Below, in pieces: positions 57,413-64,000 of a stretch of 64,000 nucleotides of DNA. The DNA is from the human T2T-CHM13v2.0 reference genome, Homo sapiens: NCBI RefSeq assembly GCF_009914755.1, contig NC_060928.1; one strand, 5' to 3'. The translations under genes were made by a program, and so were the position numbers. The notes below the pieces were generated by a model, which did not search any database, had not been told where the DNA came from, and was given only the letters and a program-made list of their open reading frames with translations. Numbering within the stretch: the stretch's first letter is position 1; every line of letters begins with the position of its first letter.

Positions 57413-58036
57413 GTAAATTAATTCAAATATTGTGGAAGACAGTGTGGAGATTCCTCAAAAATCTAAAGACAAACTACCATTTGACCCAGCAATCCCATTA
57501 CTGGGTATATAACCAAAAGAATATAAATTATTCTATTATAAAGACACATGCGCACATATGTTCATTGCAGCACTATTCACAATAGCAAAGACATGAAATC
57601 AACCTAAATGCTCATTAATGATAGACTGGATTAAAAAATGTGGTACATAGACACTGTGGAATACTATGCAGCCATAAAAAAGAATGAGATCATGTCCTTT
57701 AAGAGATATGGATAGAGCTGGAGGCCATTATCCTTGGCAAACTAACACAGGAACAGAAAACCAAATACCACATGTTCTCACTTGCAAGTGGGAGCTAAAT
57801 GATGAGAACACATGGACACAGAGAGGGGAACAACACACACTGGGGCCTTTCAGTGGAAGGAAGGAGAGGATCAGGAAAAATAACTAATGGGTACTAAGCT
57901 TAATACTTGGGAGATGAAATCATCTGTACAACAACCCCTGTGATACATATTTACCCATGTAACAAACCTCACTTGTACACTTGAACTCAAAAATAAAAAT
58001 ACAACATAAATAAGTGAATAAAACTTAAAAAAAAAA
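57413..58036 (+). mobile_element. L1PA15/16-like 5'-truncated insertion
   Basis: 13-bp TSD AAAAAGCAAGCAA (57400-57412, 58037-58049) at a TT|AAAA site. Confidence 0.93.
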
Positions 58037-60192
58037 AAAAAGCAAGCAAAGATGGACCTGAGGAGATGGGATTTAAGTTAGATTAAAACTCCTTGGTGGC
58101 ATGTACCTGAAAGCAGGGAAAATAAAAACATTTTTTAACGGTTCTGTTAAGGAAAAGGTAAGATTTGTTAGAAAGATTCATAAAGCGGAATTTCATTATC
58201 AAGCTTGAGGAAATTCAGGAACCAGCACCTCTCTGAAAATGCTAGCAAAAGGAGCATATAACTCTTCTCTCTAGGATGCAACCAAGAAATAACTAATTTT
58301 CAGCTGCATTTTACAAATAGACATCTCTGTTCCTTTGTTCAAATTATCAGGAGAGAGAATAAAATTGGCACAGTGTGTATCAGTAAAAAGTGGCCAGTGT
58401 AGGGACGGCATAGTCATTGGGAATGCCTTTGTAAGCAGAGCAACTACCCCAATTTGTGTTGATTATAGAACAGAATGAGGAAACGCATTCTAGGGGACAA
58501 TAGCATGGAGGTCAAAGCGCTCAAGATGTGCACAGACAATAGCAGGCTGCATGGCCAGATTGTACACGGTGTGCAGGAGAGGAACAAGATGAAAGCTGGA
58601 ACCTGTTTCTGTTCCATCAATGTCTTCAAAATCCCACGAATAAAGGATGAGTGAGAGATGAGAGGTCAGAAAGGAATGAGTGACATTTGGCTAAATTACT
58701 GTAGAGAAATTGTACTGTGTAGGATCTGCTGGGTTGTTACTGAACACCAGGACAAAACTTACTCTGGAAACAAATGGCAGAATCAAAGTGTGTTCAGTTT
58801 AATTTCACAGACTGCTCAAAATAAAAAACAAAGTACTTCAAATAGATTGAAAAATATTACTGGAACCGAATTAAATTTATCGTAACCTGGAAAATCTTGT
58901 TTTGATTTTGCTATCTAAATTGATTATCCTCTCTATTGGGAGTTTCCAAATTATGTCTAAGTCTCACTCATTCGTTCAACTAATTCTTTGGAGAATCTGA
59001 ACATTCATTTATTTCTCAATAGGTAAATTCTGCCTGGTTGAATATGGAGACTCAATTCCTAAAACATAGGGACTGAGTTCTTAATGTCTCTCCTGAAACC
59101 CCACCTCATGTCTCTACAAACACCCCACCAAAATAAAATTCAAGAAGTACAAAAAGGAATACATTTATATGAGAAAACAGAGAAATATTTTTTAAAGAAG
59201 AAAGAAAAAAGGAAAGAAAAATAAAATGTGAAAAACGTTTCCAGAGCATAGAGCAAAAACACAAATAAACATAAAATTAAGGCAATAGAAAACAAATATG
59301 AATGCTCATTACATAAATGTCTTGGTGGGGGGTACTAGTATGATAAGAGGAGAAGAAATTAAGAAAAATCGAAGTAATTCAGAATAATCTCAGACTTAAT
59401 GAACAACCGCTCAAATTAAAACAGCTAATAAATAAGCACAATTAATTAAACAAAAAGGCCCACATATTAACATGTCTTCATACGTGCACAACATCAATGA
59501 TTACTTTTCTAAAGAAAAGGGTAATTCACATACAAAAGAACCAAAATGAGAGCATCACCATTCTAGCATCAACACCAAGCATCAGAAAACTTCAGAACAA
59601 TAGACTCAAAGTTCTGGAGGAAAAATTTTCAACTCTTTAATCTCAAAAAAAAAAAATTAAAAGATAGCCTTTGTCCTTTAAAATGGGAACATAACTAGTA
59701 TATTTTATAATGATTACATTTGTTTTATTTTATTTCTGCCATTTTAGTTTTCTTTGCTCTTAAACTTTTTTTCATGATTTCTGTTAGACTATATTTTCTT
59801 ATTTTATTTTCTTATATTGGCTCCTGCATGAAGAGCCCCTATCCATTTATATTCCAAGAGCCATTTTTAAGAATACTCTTATCCTCTCTCTAACATCCTC
59901 ACTAGGTAGCCTCAGGTTTTTGGCCACATTTTTGACAAGCTGACAGTAAAAAAAAAAATCAATTTATTGACTACTAACTAAAAAAGATTCATGCTAATCA
60001 CTGTGTTTATTTTTGGTAAGTGGTTCGCATATCTTTTCCATTTCTAATTTGTTTATTTCTTCAATACTGAATTACAAGTATTACATATTGTAGATATTAA
60101 TTATTTTATATTATTTTAAATATTTTTTTCTCATGATATTACTTGTTTTTTAACATTGTGCTTCATGGTACTTGAATAATAGAAGTTTTTAA

Positions 60193-60526
<334 letters not shown>

Positions 60527-61427
60527 TAATGCTGTTTGTTATTGTTTGTCTTTGAAGACTTTACAATCCCAAAATTATAAACATATTACCCTATATGTTT
60601 GTAATATTTTTGTCTTAATAGTTATTTTTATCATACTCTAAGATATCTGAGGATGTATAGTCCTGAGTTAATTTTTAATATTAACCAAATTTTCTAAAGT
60701 CATATATAAACAAGTCCATCTTTTCACTAGTGAGTTGCAATGATTTTTTTTTAATTCTCCAACACATCTGAATGAAATAATTTTATCACACATGGATTTC
60801 CATATATATACATGAGTGTGGATTCTCTATTCTGTCTCATTGATGTATTTATCTATTGTATGCAAATACCATATTGTATTTATTATTACAGTTTTGTGTA
60901 TGTGTTTTAATCTCTGGTTGAACAATTGCTTTTTCTTAAGTTATCATTTACAGATTAATTTTAGAAACACCTTATTTCAGATATTATCCTAGAAGGTACT
61001 GTGCCACAGGATAGAAGGTCAATACACAAAAATTAATCACAATTTTCATACTGTCAGTAATCTATCAAAAACAAAAATTTAAGGTACATACCATTTACGA
61101 TCACTTGAAAAAAAAATACGTAGATATAAATCTAACAAAACACAAAAACAGGTTCTACATGTAGAAAAACTGTAAAGTCTTGTTGAAAGAAAGCAAAGAA
61201 TGTCTAGATAAATGGAGATAAATACCATGTAGGTGGATTACAAGGCTTTACATAGTAAACACATCAATGCCACCAAAATTGATACATAGATTAAAAACAA
61301 TATCAAAACTTCACCAAAATTTTTGTAGTTATAAACAAGATCACTGTAAATTTTATATGGAAAGGCAAAGAATGGCTGAAATTATTTTGAAGAGAAAGAG
61401 TGAAGTGGATGGAGTTACATTAGCCAA

Positions 61428-61659
61428 TTTTTTTTTTCTGTTTTTTGAGACAGAGTCTCGCTCTGTCGCCCAGGCTGGAATGCAGTGGCGCGATCTCGGC
61501 TCACTGCAAGCTCCGCCTCCCGGGTTCACGCCATTCTCCTTCCTCAACCGGGACTGCAGGCGCCCGCCACCACGCCCGGCTAATTTTTTGTATTTTTTTT
61601 TTTTTTTTTTAGTAGAGACAGGGTTTCACCGTGTTGGCCAGGATGGTCTCAACCTCCTG
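61428..61659 (-). mobile_element. AluY-like, 5'-truncated with internal deletion
   Basis: CACTGCAAGCTCCGCCTCCCGGGTTCACGCCATTCTCCT diagnostic; CpG-rich. Confidence 0.9.
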
Positions 61660-63467
61660 TCTTACAATATAACTGCAGTATTTAAAACAATGTGTATTGG
61701 TGGAAGTATCAACACAGAGAACAATGCCACGGAATAAGAAACCCAGAAAAATATCTACAAATATATATTCAACCGATTTTTGGCAAAAGTGCAAAGACAA
61801 TTCAATGGAGAAAGGATAGTATTTTTAAACAAATGATGTTGAAACAATTGCATATGCATAGGTCAAAAAAAAACAAAAAAAACCTCAACCTAAACCTCAG
61901 GCCTTCTAAAAAATTAATTCAAAGTGAATCAGAAATCTAAAAGTAAACTGATAAAAACAATATATATATTGTACATTTTAAAATATAAGAGAGATTTAGA
62001 ATGTTCCCAACATAAAGAAATGATACATTTTTGAGATGATGGATATCTTAATTACCCACATTTGGATCGTTGCACATTGTATGCTTGTATCAAAATTTCA
62101 CATGTACTCTTAAATATATACAACCATTATGTATCCATAATTTAAAAAAAAATCTTCTTTGAAACAGTTAGAGCCTTTATGTTCACAAAACATAATTAAT
62201 TCCAGATAGTAATGGAAGATGAAGCTAAAATTACAAGAGCCTACTTTAGAATTAAAAATCATGTAGACACATAAGACCATATATGTTATAATTTCATTCA
62301 TATGAAATATCCAGAACAGGTGAATTCTTAGAAACTGAGAGCAAATTAGTACTAGCCAGGGGATATGGGGAGAGAGGCATGAGTAATGACTGTTTAAGTT
62401 GTATGAGATTTCCTTTGGAGTGATGAACATGTTCTGAAAGTAGACAGGGGTGGTGTTTACATAACATTGTAAATGTACTAAATGTCATTGATGCTAAATT
62501 TTGGGTTCAGTGTTTAAAATGTTTAAAATATTTAGAAATAAAAGTATACCTAGGCAGAAAATAAATAAAAGTAAAAAAAAAAACCATAAAACTATAAACC
62601 TTCTGGAAGAAAGCTTTAAAAAAGAGAATTTTTGGGCAAATAATCTTTAAACATAAAGTTCTATAAAAGATCTTCGAAAAAGTAGATAAATTGAATTAAT
62701 CAAAATTTTAAAAAAGGTTTTCTTCGTGAAAGACCCCTGTTAAGAAGACAAAAAGACAAGCCACCAAGTTGGAGGGCAGGGAGGATCCTGTTTGCTAAGC
62801 ACATATATGACAAAGGACTTTCCTCCAGAATATTTAAAAATACTCTAAGCTCAATAATAAGAAAACACAGAATTCAATTAGAAAATGAGAAAAATACTTA
62901 AACAGGCACTTTGCTAAAGAAGATAAATGAATGGTGAATAAGTATGTAAAAGGATGCTGCAAATCACTAGCTATGAAAGAAAAACAAAATCATGAAGATA
63001 CGTCATTAAAAACCTACCAAAATGGCTGAAATAATACTGTTAGTACCAAATGCTGGAGAAGATATGAAGAGACTGGGTATCTTACATGTGCTATCGGGAA
63101 TGTGAAATGGTACAGCTACTCTGGGAAACAGTTTAGCACTTTCTTTTGACGTTAAACATACATTCGCCATGTGACCCAGCAATGCCACTCCAAGAAAACT
63201 GAAATGTATGTTTACACTAAAACCTATACACAAATGCTCACAGCAGCTTCGCAGCTACATTTATAATAATCTCAAACTGGATACAATCTAAATATCCCTC
63301 AATGCGTGAAAAGTAAAATAAACTGTAGTACATCTATACTACTCACCAATATGACTCAACAAATTATTTGATGGTTAGATCTCAATAGCATTGTGCTGGA
63401 TATTTTTAAAGCCAGTTTCAAACAGACGCATATTCCATTATTCCATTTATTTATTTATTTATTTTAA

Positions 63468-63779
<312 letters not shown>

Positions 63780-64000
63780 TGATTCCATTTATGTAGCATC
63801 CTCAAAATGACAAAATTGTATAGATGGAGACTAGATTAGTGATGATCATGGTTTAGAAGAAGAGTGACTCAAGTTTACCTATGTAACAAACCTGCACTTG
63901 TATCCCTGAACTTAACAGTTTTTTAAAGAGTGTGATTATAAAAGAATAACATGCAATTTCCATGTAGTGAAGAAATAATTCTGTATCTTTATCATGGTGG

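Overview
This is AT-rich, CpG-depleted primate genomic DNA, probably human or great ape, since AluS/AluY and an L1PA2-type 3' end are present. I see no host protein-coding exon, RNA gene, CpG island or CRISPR array, so the window is intergenic or deep intronic. It is dense in transposable-element fossils: a Ricksha (MULE) transposase remnant, a truncated ERVL provirus (MLT2B LTR plus gag), a ~5.9 kb L1PA8-type element, two 5'-inverted L1 insertions, about ten Alus, MaLR/ERVL solo LTRs, MIR/L2 and several microsatellites. The ORF-track entries I can assign derive from these repeats, and the rest look like chance ORFs. I found no evidence for a new multi-gene system. The best signals are locally templated rearrangements: a two-part templated insertion inside L1 ORF2, a ~200 bp inverted copy taken from 6 kb away, an old ~135 bp dispersed duplication, and a complex inverted/tandem L1 insertion ending in a fold-back hairpin. 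There is also a candidate nuclear-receptor enhancer. Repeat subfamily names come from recalled consensus sequences, identities were counted by eye, and boundaries of old repeats are approximate.
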